Numbered from the stretch's first letter, positions 1-10,266 are shown. The stretch is 51,160 nucleotides of DNA from an uncultured Clostridia bacterium (GCA_947165815.1 CAMVBZ010000003.1:1-51160), one strand, 5' to 3'. The notes: generated by a model not told the origin, from the sequence alone. Made by a program: numbers and translations.

Positions 1-296
1 ACGTTTCAGAAGCACCTAAGTCTAATACTGTAGTTTGTGCTTTAGATAGTGCAAAAGAGGCTGTAGAGAATTCTAAGCACGAATCTGTACCACTTTATTT
101 AAGAGATCCAAATTACAAGACAGAAAAGATTTCTGGATATAAATATCCACATGATTACGGTGGTTGGGTAGAACAACAATATTTGCCAGATGATGTAAAG
201 GATGATGTATATTACAAACCAACAGATCATGGCTTTGAAAAAACTATCCAAGAAAGACAAAAAGCAAGAAGAAAAAAAGACGAGGATAGCAAATGA
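1..296 (+). CDS. rarA: Replication-associated recombination protein RarA/MgsA, C-terminal part (5' truncated by window)
   Basis: Not in the ORF track. Frame 3 translates as VSEAPKSNTV...VPLYLRD...GYKYPHDYGGWVEQQYLP...YYKP, typical of the MgsA C-terminus. TGA at 294-296 overlaps the ATG of ruvX (ATGA). Confidence 0.9.
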   Translation, partial: VSEAPKSNTVVCALDSAKEAVENSKHESVPLYLRDPNYKTEKISGYKYPHDYGGWVEQQYLPDDVKDDVYYKPTDHGFEKTIQERQKARRKKDEDSK

Positions 297-730
297 GAAA
301 AGTTGCATTAGATATTGGAGATGTAAGAATTGGTATTGCTGTTTCAGACTTTATGAATATAATTGCAAACCCAAGAGAAACTTATGTTAGAAAAGGTGAA
401 GAACAAGACTTGGATTATTTCATTAAAGTTGCAAAAGAAAATGAAGCAGATACATTTGTTATTGGCTTGCCAATAAATATGGACGGAACAGAAGGTCCAA
501 GAGTAGAAATTTGTAGAGCATTCGGAGAAAAATTAAGAGAAAAATCCGGGCTCAAAGTTGAATATCAAGATGAAAGATTAACAACTGTTTCAGCAGAAAG
601 AATGCTAATTGAGGCAGATGTGAGAAGAGATAAGAGAAAACAAGTTATAGATAAACTTGCAGCAACAATTATCCTTCAATCTTATCTAGATAGGATGGCA
701 TTTAAGAATAAACAATCAGGAGAACAATAA
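293..730 (+). CDS. ruvX: YqgF/RuvX family nuclease (pre-16S rRNA maturation, Holliday junction resolvase-like)
   Basis: ALDIGDVRIGIAVSD, GLPINMDG, DERLTT and IDKLAATIILQSYLD motifs. Confidence 0.95.
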   Translation: MRKVALDIGDVRIGIAVSDFMNIIANPRETYVRKGEEQDLDYFIKVAKENEADTFVIGLPINMDGTEGPRVEICRAFGEKLREKSGLKVEYQDERLTTVSAERMLIEADVRRDKRKQVIDKLAATIILQSYLDRMAFKNKQSGEQ

Positions 731-731
731 A

Positions 732-1061
732 ATGGCAGATGAAAATAAGAAAGATTTTTTTGAAGAAACAAACGAAGTGGATGAAAATGATGTAGATATC
801 ATTACATTGCATAATATTGAAAGAGATGCAGATGAAGATTTCTATCATTTGGCTACATTCGACTGTGATGGAAAGTGGTATGTTGGTTTGTTACCAACAA
901 AACCAGAAAAAGGCGAAGAGGATGCAGTTTTTATCTTCAGAATCGAAGAAGGAAAGAAAGAAAATTTAATAGTTCCAATCGAAGATGAAGCAGAAATGGA
1001 AAAAGCATTTGCTGAATTCACAAAGTTTATGGAGGAGAATACTCCAGATGAAGATAAGTAA
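732..1061 (+). CDS. Acidic DUF1292 (YrzB-like) protein
   Basis: Very acidic 109 aa protein directly after ruvX, the usual Firmicute position. IITL...F...DGKWYVGL...VFIFRI...LVPIEDEAE pattern. Confidence 0.7.
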   Translation: MADENKKDFFEETNEVDENDVDIITLHNIERDADEDFYHLATFDCDGKWYVGLLPTKPEKGEEDAVFIFRIEEGKKENLIVPIEDEAEMEKAFAEFTKFMEENTPDEDK

Positions 1062-1089
1062 AATTTCTTCAAAAACTGCTATAAAGTAT

Positions 1090-1118
1090 TTGCAATATTA
1101 TTTTAGATAATATATAAT
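1090..1118 (+). promoter_or_regulatory. Sigma-A type promoter of rpsB-tsf
   Basis: TTGCAA (1090-1095), 17 bp spacer, TATAAT (1113-1118). Confidence 0.75.
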
Positions 1119-1130
1119 CACTCGTAATCG

Positions 1131-1193
1131 CACACTCTAGTTGAGTATAAAGGGTTCCCAATCTGGGCCTTTCTATGATGAGACTGGAGGAGG
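1131..1193 (+). promoter_or_regulatory. Probable rpsB (S2) autoregulatory 5' leader RNA
   Basis: Leader starts CACAC and ends GGAGG, as in Firmicute rpsB leaders. Pairing CTCTAGT/ACTGGAG with an inner hairpin around AAAGGGTTCCCA...TGGGCCTTT. Confidence 0.6.
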
Positions 1194-1225
1194 TGAAAAA
1201 AAACAAAATATAGGAGGACCAAGAA

Positions 1226-2068
1226 ATGGCCGTAACAACAATGAAAGCCTTATTAGAGGCAGGCGTACACTTCGGACATCAAAAGAGCAGATGGAATCCT
1301 AAGATGGCCAAGTACATTTATTCAACAAGAAACGATATTCACATTATCGACCTCGCAATTTCAGTTCAAAAAGTCGAAGAAGCATATGAATTCGTTAAAT
1401 CAGTAGTTTCCCAAGGTAAATCAGTATTATTCGTTGGAACTAAGAAACAAGCTCAAGATGCAGTTAAAGCAGAAGCAGAAAGATGTGATATGTTCTATAT
1501 CAATCAAAGATGGCTTGGTGGTACTTTAACTAACTTCAAGACAATCAGAACAAGAGTTCAACGTTTAACAAAGATTAACGAAATGGAAAAGATTGGAGAA
1601 TTCAACGTTCTCACAAAGAAAGAAGTTGCTTCCTTATTAAAGGAAAGAGAAGTTCTCGAAAAGAACCTCGGTGGAATTAAGAACATGACATCTTTACCAG
1701 GATGCTTATTCGTAATCGACCTTAAGAGAGAAGAAAACGCAATCAAAGAAGCACATAAACTTAATATACCAATCGTTGCAGTTGTAGATACAAACTGTGA
1801 TCCAGATTTAGTAGATTATGTTATCCCAGGAAACGATGACGCAATCCGTGCTGTACAACTCTTTGCATCAATTATTGCAGATGCAGTTATCGAAGCACGT
1901 CAAGGCGAAGCTGGCTTAGCAGCATCAAAGGCTACAGTAGAAGCTCCAGCAGAAGAAATCAAGATGGAAGATGTTGTTGCAGAAACAGCAGCTCCAGTTG
2001 AAGAAAAGAAAGAAGAAAAAGTTGATGCACTCGCAAAGGCATTAGCAGAAGCAGAAAGCAATAAATAA
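1226..2068 (+). CDS. rpsB: 30S ribosomal protein S2
   Basis: [25 protein letters not shown] and [10 protein letters not shown] motifs; AGGAGG RBS. Confidence 0.99.
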   Translation: MAVTTMKALLEAGVHFGHQKSRWNPKMAKYIYSTRNDIHIIDLAISVQKVEEAYEFVKSVVSQGKSVLFVGTKKQAQDAVKAEAERCDMFYINQRWLGGTLTNFKTIRTRVQRLTKINEMEKIGEFNVLTKKEVASLLKEREVLEKNLGGIKNMTSLPGCLFVIDLKREENAIKEAHKLNIPIVAVVDTNCDPDLVDYVIPGNDDAIRAVQLFASIIADAVIEARQGEAGLAASKATVEAPAEEIKMEDVVAETAAPVEEKKEEKVDALAKALAEAESNK

Positions 2069-2086
2069 TTAAAGGAGTATAGGAAT

Positions 2087-2956
2087 ATGGCATTCACAAG
2101 TAAAGATGTAATGGATCTCCGTCAAAAGACAGGCGTTGGAATGATGGATTGCAAAAAAGCATTAGTAGCAACAGATGGCGATATGGACAAAGCTATAGAA
2201 TATCTCCGTGAAAAAGGTTTAGCATCATCTGCAAAGAAAGAAAGCAGAATCGCAGCTGAAGGTATCGTATTAGATGCAACAAAGGGAAATAAATCTGTAT
2301 TAGTAGAAGTAAACTGCGAAACAGACTTCGTTGCAAAATCAGACGCATTCGTAGCATTCACAAAAGATGTAGCAAACTACGTATTAGACAACCCAGGAAT
2401 CTCTGTAGAAGACTTAATCGCAGCTAAAGAACAAGCTAAAGCAGAAGTAGTTCTTAAAGTTGGAGAAAAGATTTCAATTAGAAGATATACATTATTCGAA
2501 GCAGAGGGTGACGATGTTATAGATACATATATCCACCTCGGTGGAAAGATGGGTGTTATGGTAGAAATGTCTGCTGGAACACCAAAGCAAGTTGCACACG
2601 ATGTAGCATTACAAATCGCAGCAATGAACGCACAATATGTAGACAGAACACAAGTTCCACAAGAAGTTGTAGATAAAGAAATGGAAATCTTAAGAGTTCA
2701 AGCACAAAACGAAGATAGCTCTAAACCAGCAGCAATCATCGAAAAGATGTTAATGGGAAGAATCAATAAGTTCTACAAAGAAACATGCTTAGTAGACCAA
2801 GAATTCGTTAAAGATCCTTCAATGAACATCGGTGCATACCTCAAGCAAAACGGTGGAGCAAAGATTATCCGCTTCACACGTTACAACATGGGCGAAGGAA
2901 TTGAAAAGAGACAAGATAATCTAGCAGAAGAAATTGCTAAGATGACACAAAAGTAA
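2087..2956 (+). CDS. tsf: Elongation factor Ts
   Basis: LRQKTGVGMMDCKKAL, EVNCETDFVA and GEGIEK motifs. Confidence 0.99.
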   Translation: MAFTSKDVMDLRQKTGVGMMDCKKALVATDGDMDKAIEYLREKGLASSAKKESRIAAEGIVLDATKGNKSVLVEVNCETDFVAKSDAFVAFTKDVANYVLDNPGISVEDLIAAKEQAKAEVVLKVGEKISIRRYTLFEAEGDDVIDTYIHLGGKMGVMVEMSAGTPKQVAHDVALQIAAMNAQYVDRTQVPQEVVDKEMEILRVQAQNEDSSKPAAIIEKMLMGRINKFYKETCLVDQEFVKDPSMNIGAYLKQNGGAKIIRFTRYNMGEGIEKRQDNLAEEIAKMTQK

Positions 2957-2964
2957 AACAAATA

Positions 2965-2992
2965 GGGAGCGTTGTTAAGCGTTCCCTTTTTT
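2965..2992 (+). terminator. Rho-independent terminator after tsf
   Basis: AGGGAGCG-loop-CGTTCCCT stem followed by a T run. Confidence 0.8.
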
Positions 2993-3010
2993 ATAAAAAG
3001 GAGAAAAAGA

Positions 3011-3724
3011 ATGGGAAACCTTAAATACAAACGTGTAATACTTAAGATTTCTGGTGAAGCACTTGCAAAAGATACTGGATTTGGTATTGATGAAAAGAAA
3101 TTATCTAAAGTCTGTGACCAAATTATTGCTGCTTCTAAATTAGGAGCTGAAGTTGGTATCGTAGTTGGTGGTGGAAACTTCTGGAGAGGAAGACAAGCCA
3201 ACCCAGAAATGTTAAGAGCAACAGCAGACCATATTGGAATGCTCGCTACAATAATGAACGCTTTAGCACTTCAAGACGAACTTGAAAGAAAAGGTAGTGA
3301 AGTTAGAGTACAAACAGCATTAACAGTAACAAAAGTTGCAGAACCATATATTCTTAGAAAAGCATTGAGACACCTTGAAAAAGGAAGAATAGTTATCTTT
3401 GCAGGTGGAACAGGTAATCCATATTTCTCAACAGACTCAGGTGCATCTTTAAGAGCATGTGAAATCTGTGCAGATGCATTATTACTCGCAAAGAATGTAG
3501 ATGGAGTATATGATTCAGATCCAAAGACAAATCCAAATGCTAAAAAATATGATAAAATATCATATATGGATGTAATTAGCCAAGGATTAAAAGCTATGGA
3601 TACAACAGCAATCACAATGTGTATGGAAAACAATATCCCAATCATAGCATTCTCATTAGCAGAACAAGACGGTATTATTAAGGCATTAAATGGCGAAGCT
3701 ATTGGAACCTATATTGGAAAATAA
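3011..3724 (+). CDS. pyrH: Uridylate kinase
   Basis: KRVILKISGEAL, GGGNFWRG and GTGNPYFSTD motifs. Start moved to ATG 3011 after an AGGAG RBS; the track's 2972 start lies inside the terminator. Confidence 0.98.
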   Translation: MGNLKYKRVILKISGEALAKDTGFGIDEKKLSKVCDQIIAASKLGAEVGIVVGGGNFWRGRQANPEMLRATADHIGMLATIMNALALQDELERKGSEVRVQTALTVTKVAEPYILRKALRHLEKGRIVIFAGGTGNPYFSTDSGASLRACEICADALLLAKNVDGVYDSDPKTNPNAKKYDKISYMDVISQGLKAMDTTAITMCMENNIPIIAFSLAEQDGIIKALNGEAIGTYIGK

Positions 3725-3738
3725 TAGGAGATATAAAA

Positions 3739-4287
3739 ATGGCAGAGAAAAAAGCACAAACAAAGACCGAAAAAGGATATGGTGGTATTATTAAAGCCGT
3801 TATCTGTATCATTATCGGTGTTTTATTCTGTTGCTCTCTCGCAATGGCTATTGAAGTCTTAAGCTATATCATCGGTGCAATATTAATAGTTATTGGTTTA
3901 GGAGCAATAATTACAACAGCAGCAACAAAACAAAGTCTGTTATCTATAACAGGTTTACTAGGAGCAATATTCCTTGGATTAGGTATTGCAGCAATAGTAT
4001 TAAATGCAGCCGGATTCCTTCTTGCATGCATTCCATTCTTACTTGTCGCATTAGGAGCAATTGCAATCGTTGATGCATTCTTAATGAAATTTGTAAGAAA
4101 AGAGAAGAACATTATTGCATTTGTAATCGAATTAGTAATAGGAGTTATCTTCTTCTTATTCGGTATCTTACTCTTAACAGTTGATGAATTTGCTGGATAC
4201 GCAGGTTTAATTTTAGGAATCGCACTTATCGTTTATGGTTTATTCACATTAATAATTGAGTGCATAAAATTAAGCAAAAAGAAATAA
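3739..4287 (+). CDS. Integral membrane protein with about 6 TM helices (HdeD/DUF308-like)
   Basis: Six hydrophobic Gly-rich segments with repeated G-I-x-L-I-x-x-G patterns; AGGAG RBS. Family assignment is an inference. Confidence 0.7.
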   Translation: MAEKKAQTKTEKGYGGIIKAVICIIIGVLFCCSLAMAIEVLSYIIGAILIVIGLGAIITTAATKQSLLSITGLLGAIFLGLGIAAIVLNAAGFLLACIPFLLVALGAIAIVDAFLMKFVRKEKNIIAFVIELVIGVIFFLFGILLLTVDEFAGYAGLILGIALIVYGLFTLIIECIKLSKKK

Positions 4288-4314
4288 ATTAAAGCTTAAA
4301 ATTCACAAAATAAT

Positions 4315-4347
4315 TATAGGTTCAGAAATGAGCCTATTTTTATTTTT
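4315..4347 (+). terminator. Rho-independent terminator after pyrH and the membrane gene
   Basis: ATAGGTTCA-GAAA-TGAGCCTAT stem-loop followed by T runs. Confidence 0.8.
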
Positions 4348-4449
4348 CACTCAGTTAGAATATCGAAAAGTAACAAATTTTGACTTTATCCAAAAACTAT
4401 TGAGTATATCCAAAATTTAATTTGCAAACAAATTAAGATTATTGAGATA

Positions 4450-4478
4450 TTGCAAATAACATAATATTTTGCTAAAAT
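4450..4478 (+). promoter_or_regulatory. Sigma-A promoter of the frr operon
   Basis: TTGCAA, 17 bp spacer, extended -10 TGcTAAAAT. Confidence 0.65.
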
Positions 4479-4518
4479 ATATGTTAACTTTATAACAACA
4501 AAAACGGAGGAATTTTAT

Positions 4519-5094
4519 ATGTCATACGGAATCGATACAGTTGATTTAATCTTCGATGATATGGAAGAAAAGTGTGATAAAGCCATTAACAATTTTGATG
4601 GAGAATTAAAGACCATTAGAGCAGGAAGAGCAAATGCTCATATTTTAGACAAAGTTCTTGTTAACTACTATGGTATGGCAACTCCTTTAAACCAAATGTC
4701 TAATATCACAATCCCAGAAGCAAGATTATTGGTTATCAAACCATACGACAAAAATGCTTTAAAGGACATTGAAAAAGCAATACTTGCTGCAAATATTGGT
4801 ATTACACCAAATAATGACGGCACATTAATTAGACTCGTTTTCCCACAATTAACAGAGGAAAGAAGAAGAGATCTTTGTAAAGACATTAAGAAACTTGCAG
4901 AAGAAACAAGAGTTGTTTTAAGAAATGCAAGAAGATCTGCAAATGATGACCTCAAGGCATTAGAAAAAGATAGTGAAATCACAGAAGATGACCTCAAAGA
5001 TTTCTTAGCAGATGTAGATAAGGTCTTAGATAAGAAGATGGAAAAAGTAGATGAACTTGAAAAAGCAAAGTCTACTGAAGTAATGGAAGTATAA
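4519..5094 (+). CDS. frr: Ribosome recycling factor
   Basis: [20 protein letters not shown] and RNARR motifs; GGAGG RBS. Confidence 0.98.
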   Translation: MSYGIDTVDLIFDDMEEKCDKAINNFDGELKTIRAGRANAHILDKVLVNYYGMATPLNQMSNITIPEARLLVIKPYDKNALKDIEKAILAANIGITPNNDGTLIRLVFPQLTEERRRDLCKDIKKLAEETRVVLRNARRSANDDLKALEKDSEITEDDLKDFLADVDKVLDKKMEKVDELEKAKSTEVMEV

Positions 5095-5095
5095 A

Positions 5096-5761
5096 TTGAC
5101 TTATCCAAAGCACGTAGCATTTATAATGGACGGAAACAGACGTTGGGGAAAACTCAATGGCTTTTCCAATTTACAGTCCTATGAAAAAGGAAGAGATGTC
5201 CTAGAATCCTTAATCTTTTCTCTAGAAAAGAAAGGTGTAGAATGTGTGAGTTGTTATACATTTAGCACAGAAAACTTTTCAAGAAGCAAGGAAGATATAG
5301 ACAGTGTAATGAATGTCGTTTCAGAATACTTTGTAAATCTTCTAAATAAAGGAACAAATTGGAAAATAATCTTTTCTGGAAATAAAACGTTGTTGCCAAA
5401 TAAACTTCAAGAACTATTTTCTAATATAGAAAATAAAACCAAAGATAATAAGGGCATAATAGTTAATATTTTAATAGGATATGGCTCTCAGGATGAAATT
5501 ATAAATGCTGCAAAAAAAGCACAAAAGGAAGGAGAGATTACTAAAGAATCTTTTGAAAAACACCTATATAGTTCCAATCTTCCTAAGATAGATATGGTTG
5601 TTAGAACTGGTGGAGATAAGAGACTAAGTAATTTCATGCTTTATCAAGTGGCATATTCAGAATTGTTCTTTGTAGATAAGCTTTGGTGTGATTTTAATGA
5701 TAAGGATTTAGATTCTTTGCTCGATGAATATTCATCTAGACAGAGAAACTACGGTAAATAG
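5096..5761 (+). CDS. uppS: Undecaprenyl diphosphate synthase (cis-prenyltransferase)
   Basis: HVAFIMDGNRRW, FSTENFSR and RTGGDKRLSNFMLYQVAYSE motifs; TTG start; follows frr. Confidence 0.95.
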   Translation: MTYPKHVAFIMDGNRRWGKLNGFSNLQSYEKGRDVLESLIFSLEKKGVECVSCYTFSTENFSRSKEDIDSVMNVVSEYFVNLLNKGTNWKIIFSGNKTLLPNKLQELFSNIENKTKDNKGIIVNILIGYGSQDEIINAAKKAQKEGEITKESFEKHLYSSNLPKIDMVVRTGGDKRLSNFMLYQVAYSELFFVDKLWCDFNDKDLDSLLDEYSSRQRNYGK

Positions 5762-5762
5762 T

Positions 5763-6725
5763 ATGAAAAGATTTTTAACAGCAATTGCATTAATTTCAGT
5801 TCTATTTGGAATAATGATAATGGATTATTATTTCGTATATGGTTCTTTATCCATATATGCAGCAAACCAACCACATATTCCAATTTTTAGTGAGATTTTC
5901 CTTTGGTTATTATTAGCAATTTCAATATTTGAATTGTACTCATGCTATTCAAAGAGTGGATATAACTTATTCAAGGCTCCATTAATCTTATTGGCAGTTT
6001 CTATATATCCAGTTTTCTTTGTAATGGAATTCTTCACAGGACACGGAATATATGGAATATTATTAGCACTTGCAGCATCTGCAATATTAGAATTAATATT
6101 GTTCACCTTTGCAGACAAAGAAAAATATTCCTCTAAAGACTTGTTTGCAGAGTTTTCTATCATTATTTACCCAACACTTCTAGTATCCTTTGCATTAATA
6201 TTAGGTGCAAGATTTAGTGGCATTTATGTAATTATGTTTGCAACATTCCTTGCAGTTGCTGGAGATACTTTTGCATACTGGTTTGGAAAGTCATTACATA
6301 ACAAATTCCCAAAGAAGATGTGTCCTACAATCTCTCCTAAGAAAACAGTTGTTGGAGCAATTGGTGGTGTAGTAGGAAGTATTTTCGCTGCAATGGTATT
6401 TTGGGCATTCTTTGAAGTTGGTGGTATTTCTTCCACAGCAAATATGTCTCAAGTCGTAGCAGGATGCAACTACACATTATTCTTCCCAGCAACACAAATT
6501 AGTGATTTATGGAGAAGTGGACTTGTATATGCAGCAATGGGAATTATAGGTGCAGCATTATCCGAAGTAGGAGATTTGGCAGCATCTAGAATAAAGAGAT
6601 CAATAGGAATTAAAGACTTTGGAACTATTTTCCCAGGACATGGCGGTGTAATAGATAGATTAGATAGTATTATGTTTGCCTTAGTATTATTGGCAGTAGT
6701 TCTTCCAATAGTTTATTTAAGTTAA
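5763..6725 (+). CDS. cdsA: Phosphatidate cytidylyltransferase
   Basis: DTFAY, ISPKKTVVG and GDLAASRIKRSIGIKDFGTIFPGHGGVIDRLDS motifs. Start moved to ATG 5763 (MKRFLTA). Confidence 0.95.
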   Translation: MKRFLTAIALISVLFGIMIMDYYFVYGSLSIYAANQPHIPIFSEIFLWLLLAISIFELYSCYSKSGYNLFKAPLILLAVSIYPVFFVMEFFTGHGIYGILLALAASAILELILFTFADKEKYSSKDLFAEFSIIIYPTLLVSFALILGARFSGIYVIMFATFLAVAGDTFAYWFGKSLHNKFPKKMCPTISPKKTVVGAIGGVVGSIFAAMVFWAFFEVGGISSTANMSQVVAGCNYTLFFPATQISDLWRSGLVYAAMGIIGAALSEVGDLAASRIKRSIGIKDFGTIFPGHGGVIDRLDSIMFALVLLAVVLPIVYLS

Positions 6726-6726
6726 T

Positions 6727-7884
6727 ATGAAAAGCAAAAAAACCGTAACAATTCTAGGAAGTACTGGTTCAGTTGGTAAACAAGCCCTAGATGTAATAAG
6801 AAAATTCCCAGATAGATTCAAAGTTGTTGGATTATCTGCTTTTAACAATACGGATTTGTTAAGAGAGCAAATAGAGGAATTTAAACCAGACTATTATTTC
6901 TGCAAAGAAGGAACTATTGAAGTTCAAAGATCCATATTCGACTTCATGATAGATGAAGAACCACAAGATAAAAAGAGTATGGGATCGCTTGAAGAATTAG
7001 CATCTGTAGATAGTGATATCGTTCTTCTTTGTGTAAGTGGTATTGCAGGACTTTTGCCAGCAATGACAACTCTTAAAAGAGGTGCTACATTAGCTATAGC
7101 TAATAAAGAAGCAATTGTTGCAGGTGGTAGACATCTTAAAGCAGCCGAAGCTAAGTACGGTGGAAAGATTATTCCAGTAGACTCTGAACATAATGCAATC
7201 TTTAATTGTATTGGCAATGAAATAGCAGATGTTAAGAGCATTATTTTAACATGTTCTGGCGGAGCATTTAGAGATTATGACAAAGCAAAACTTGCAAAAA
7301 TCACTCCAGAAGAAGCACTTTCTCATCCAACTTGGAAGATGGGCAAAAAGATTACGGTAGATTGTGCAACATTATTTAATAAAGGATTAGAAATTATTGA
7401 GGCTATGCACTTATTCCAAGTAACAGCTGGAAAAGTGAAGGTAGTACAACATAAAGAAAGTATTGTTCATTCATTAGTTGAATTCAATGACAACTCTATG
7501 AAGGCTTTACTTGGTGTTCCAGATATGAGAATGGCAATAGAGAATGCTTTGTTCTATCCAGAAGTTGGTGGAGAAGTCATTGCACCTTTAGATCTAATTA
7601 AGGTTGGACAACTTAATTTCTCAGAACCAAATTATGAATTATTCCCATGTCTAGAAATAGGTAGAAAAGCTGGAATTATGGGAGATGGTGCTTCCATAGC
7701 TGTATCAGCTGCAGACGAAATAATAGTAGATTCTCTCCTAAAAGGAAAGATTAAGTTCACAGATATTCCAAACAACCTAGAAAAAGTTCTATATAAGTTT
7801 GAAAATATCCAAAAGATTTCATTCGATGACATTCTTGCTTTAGATGGTGAGGCAAGAAAGTTTACATATTCATTAGGAGTATAA
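6727..7884 (+). CDS. dxr: 1-deoxy-D-xylulose 5-phosphate reductoisomerase
   Basis: ILGSTGSVG, ANKE, PVDSEH, HPTWKMGKKIT and NKGLE motifs. Confidence 0.97.
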   Translation: MKSKKTVTILGSTGSVGKQALDVIRKFPDRFKVVGLSAFNNTDLLREQIEEFKPDYYFCKEGTIEVQRSIFDFMIDEEPQDKKSMGSLEELASVDSDIVLLCVSGIAGLLPAMTTLKRGATLAIANKEAIVAGGRHLKAAEAKYGGKIIPVDSEHNAIFNCIGNEIADVKSIILTCSGGAFRDYDKAKLAKITPEEALSHPTWKMGKKITVDCATLFNKGLEIIEAMHLFQVTAGKVKVVQHKESIVHSLVEFNDNSMKALLGVPDMRMAIENALFYPEVGGEVIAPLDLIKVGQLNFSEPNYELFPCLEIGRKAGIMGDGASIAVSAADEIIVDSLLKGKIKFTDIPNNLEKVLYKFENIQKISFDDILALDGEARKFTYSLGV

Positions 7885-7885
7885 A

Positions 7886-9205
7886 ATGCTAAGTTTACTT
7901 TCTGTAACTGCTAAAGATGTTTTCTCATACATTGGTTATATAATCATTGCACTTTTAGCATTGATGCTTATGATAGTAGTTCATGAAAGTGGACATTATC
8001 TAGCAGGTAAGCTTTTTAAGTTTAATATAGATGAATTTAGTATTGGTTTCGGACCAGCAATATTCAAAAAGAGAAACAAGAAAAATGGTGAACTCTTTGC
8101 TATAAGATGCATACCACTTGGTGGATATTGTGCATTCCATGGTGAAGATGAAGAAGATGAAGATAAAAAGGTCGAAACAGAAAACTTTTCACTATATAGT
8201 GAAGTAGACCAAATGAATAATCCAAAAAAGGTTGGATTTAATGAGCAAGCACCTTGGAAGAGATTAATTGTTCAATTTGCAGGTGCAGGATTTAACTTTT
8301 TATTCGCCATTATTGTAATTGCAATCTACTTTGCAACATATGGACAATTCCTTCCACAAGTATCTAATGCACATGACTTAGAAGGTGCTCCAGCTGTTTT
8401 CCAAGATGGAGACGTTATTTTAAGGATAAACAACAAACAAGTTAATATCCTTCTTCAAGACGATATAGACAACGCATTTAAGAAAGTTGGAGAAACAGGA
8501 AAGTTTAAAGTATTAAGAAATGGAAAGGATGTAACATTTACAGCAAGTAAGGGTTATTACAAACCATTTGCAGATGATGCAACTGTTATCCAATTAGATG
8601 ATAATGTTCTAGCAGAAACAGACCAGTTCACCTATGGTGAATTATCTGCTCATATCTCAGATGAGAACCAACATTTAGTTGTATGTATGGAAGGTCAGAA
8701 TAGTGTGGCTGCATATGTAACTAAGATAAAGGCAGATACTGGGAAAGTAAGCACTACCGGTTTCTATTCTTATGGATTTGGTATAACAAGAACAATAGTG
8801 GCCCAAAAATTGAATTTTGGAAAAGCACTTGGAAGAGCATTCGGATTCTCATTCTTTGTAGTATTCAAGATTTTAGCAACTCTTGGCGCATTAATTACAG
8901 GAAAACTTGGTGCAGGAGCAGTTGGCGGTACAATTACAACAATTAAGATTATGGCAGAAGGAACACAACTTGGTGGTTTCAGTTACTTGCTTTATATAAT
9001 CTCAATTATTTCTGCAAATTTAGCAGTATTTAATTTATTACCAATCCCAGCATTAGATGGATCTAGAATGGTATTTACAACAATAGAGTGGATATTTAGA
9101 AAACCAGTTCCAAGGAAAATAGAAGCAATTATACACACAGTTGGTATTGTTGTACTGTTTGCTCTAGCAATTTTCTTTGATATATTCCATCTGGTAACAG
9201 GATAG
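7886..9205 (+). CDS. rseP: RIP metalloprotease RseP (M50 family)
   Basis: HESGH zinc motif, FSIGFGP, IPLGGYC and NLLPIPALDG; PDZ-like middle region. Confidence 0.95.
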   Translation: MLSLLSVTAKDVFSYIGYIIIALLALMLMIVVHESGHYLAGKLFKFNIDEFSIGFGPAIFKKRNKKNGELFAIRCIPLGGYCAFHGEDEEDEDKKVETENFSLYSEVDQMNNPKKVGFNEQAPWKRLIVQFAGAGFNFLFAIIVIAIYFATYGQFLPQVSNAHDLEGAPAVFQDGDVILRINNKQVNILLQDDIDNAFKKVGETGKFKVLRNGKDVTFTASKGYYKPFADDATVIQLDDNVLAETDQFTYGELSAHISDENQHLVVCMEGQNSVAAYVTKIKADTGKVSTTGFYSYGFGITRTIVAQKLNFGKALGRAFGFSFFVVFKILATLGALITGKLGAGAVGGTITTIKIMAEGTQLGGFSYLLYIISIISANLAVFNLLPIPALDGSRMVFTTIEWIFRKPVPRKIEAIIHTVGIVVLFALAIFFDIFHLVTG

Positions 9206-9213
9206 AGGTTAAT

Positions 9214-10266
9214 ATGGAAAGAAGAATTACACGTAATTTTAAGATTGGGAATATTGGTATAGGTTCAAATTATCCTATATCAATTCAATCTATGTTAAAA
9301 GTACAAAACACGGATGTGGAAGGTTGCTTAAATCAAATTAAGGAACTTGAAAATGTACATTGTGATTTAATAAGAGTTTCCGTTCCAGATGAAAATAGCT
9401 TAAAAACTTTTGAGATATTACAAAAGAACACATATATACCATTAATTGCAGATATTCATTATTCTTATGACCTTGCATATAAAGTACTAGAACTTGGTGC
9501 TAAAAAGATAAGAATGAATCCAGGTAATATGCCTAACTTTGCAAACATAGAAAAACTCGTTGCAGAACTTAAAAATAATCATGCTTGTATAAGGATTGGC
9601 GTTAATTCTGGATCTATAAATAAAGCTTATGAAAACCTTAACGAAGTAGATAAAATTGTTAACTCTACATTAGACTGTTTGAAAGTCTTTGAAAACCTTG
9701 GTTTTCATGATATCGTTTTAGGTCTCAAATCATCTAGCATAGAAACAACAATTGAGTGTAATGAAAAAATAGCAAAATTGACAGATTATCCAATGCATAT
9801 TGGCCTAACTGAATCTGGACCATTAAGAGAAGGTCTTGTTAAGTCTACAATAGCCATCGCTAAACTCCTTGAAGAAGGCATAGGAGACACAATACGTGTT
9901 TCTTTGTCTAGTTCTCCAGTTGAAGAAATAAATGCAGCCAAGACCATTTTAAAGAGTCTAGGACTTAAAAAGGATGTTCCTGGGTTAGTTTCATGCCCAA
10001 CTTGTGCTAGAACAAAGATAAATGTACAGCTTTTATCTGAAAAAATAGAGAAAGAATTGATGAAAATAGACAAAGATGTCAAGATTGCAGTGATGGGATG
10101 TCCGTTAAATGGGATAGATGAAGGAAAAGATGCAGATTTGGGTATCGCTGGTGGAGAAAAAGAGTCTATAATATTTGTTAAAGGCAAACAAGTAGCCAGA
10201 ATTAGTAATGAAAATATGGTAGAGGAGTTTATGGCATACGTTCATAAATACCTAGAGGATAAATAA
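9214..10266 (+). CDS. ispG: 4-hydroxy-3-methylbut-2-enyl diphosphate synthase
   Basis: ISIQSM, ADIH, RIGVNSGS, GDTIRVSL, SCPTCAR and VMGC motifs. Confidence 0.97.
   Translation: MERRITRNFKIGNIGIGSNYPISIQSMLKVQNTDVEGCLNQIKELENVHCDLIRVSVPDENSLKTFEILQKNTYIPLIADIHYSYDLAYKVLELGAKKIRMNPGNMPNFANIEKLVAELKNNHACIRIGVNSGSINKAYENLNEVDKIVNSTLDCLKVFENLGFHDIVLGLKSSSIETTIECNEKIAKLTDYPMHIGLTESGPLREGLVKSTIAIAKLLEEGIGDTIRVSLSSSPVEEINAAKTILKSLGLKKDVPGLVSCPTCARTKINVQLLSEKIEKELMKIDKDVKIAVMGCPLNGIDEGKDADLGIAGGEKESIIFVKGKQVARISNENMVEEFMAYVHKYLEDK

Noticed and set aside
99-390. Track ORFs 99..308(-) and 202..390(+)
   Set aside because: The real coding frame is the RarA C-terminus (frame 3, ending at 296), followed by ruvX.
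4380-4415. DnaA-box-like sequences as a possible oriC
   Set aside because: There are only one or two imperfect boxes, no dnaA/dnaN context, and gene orientation in the window converges rather than diverges. Kept only as a candidate regulatory repeat.
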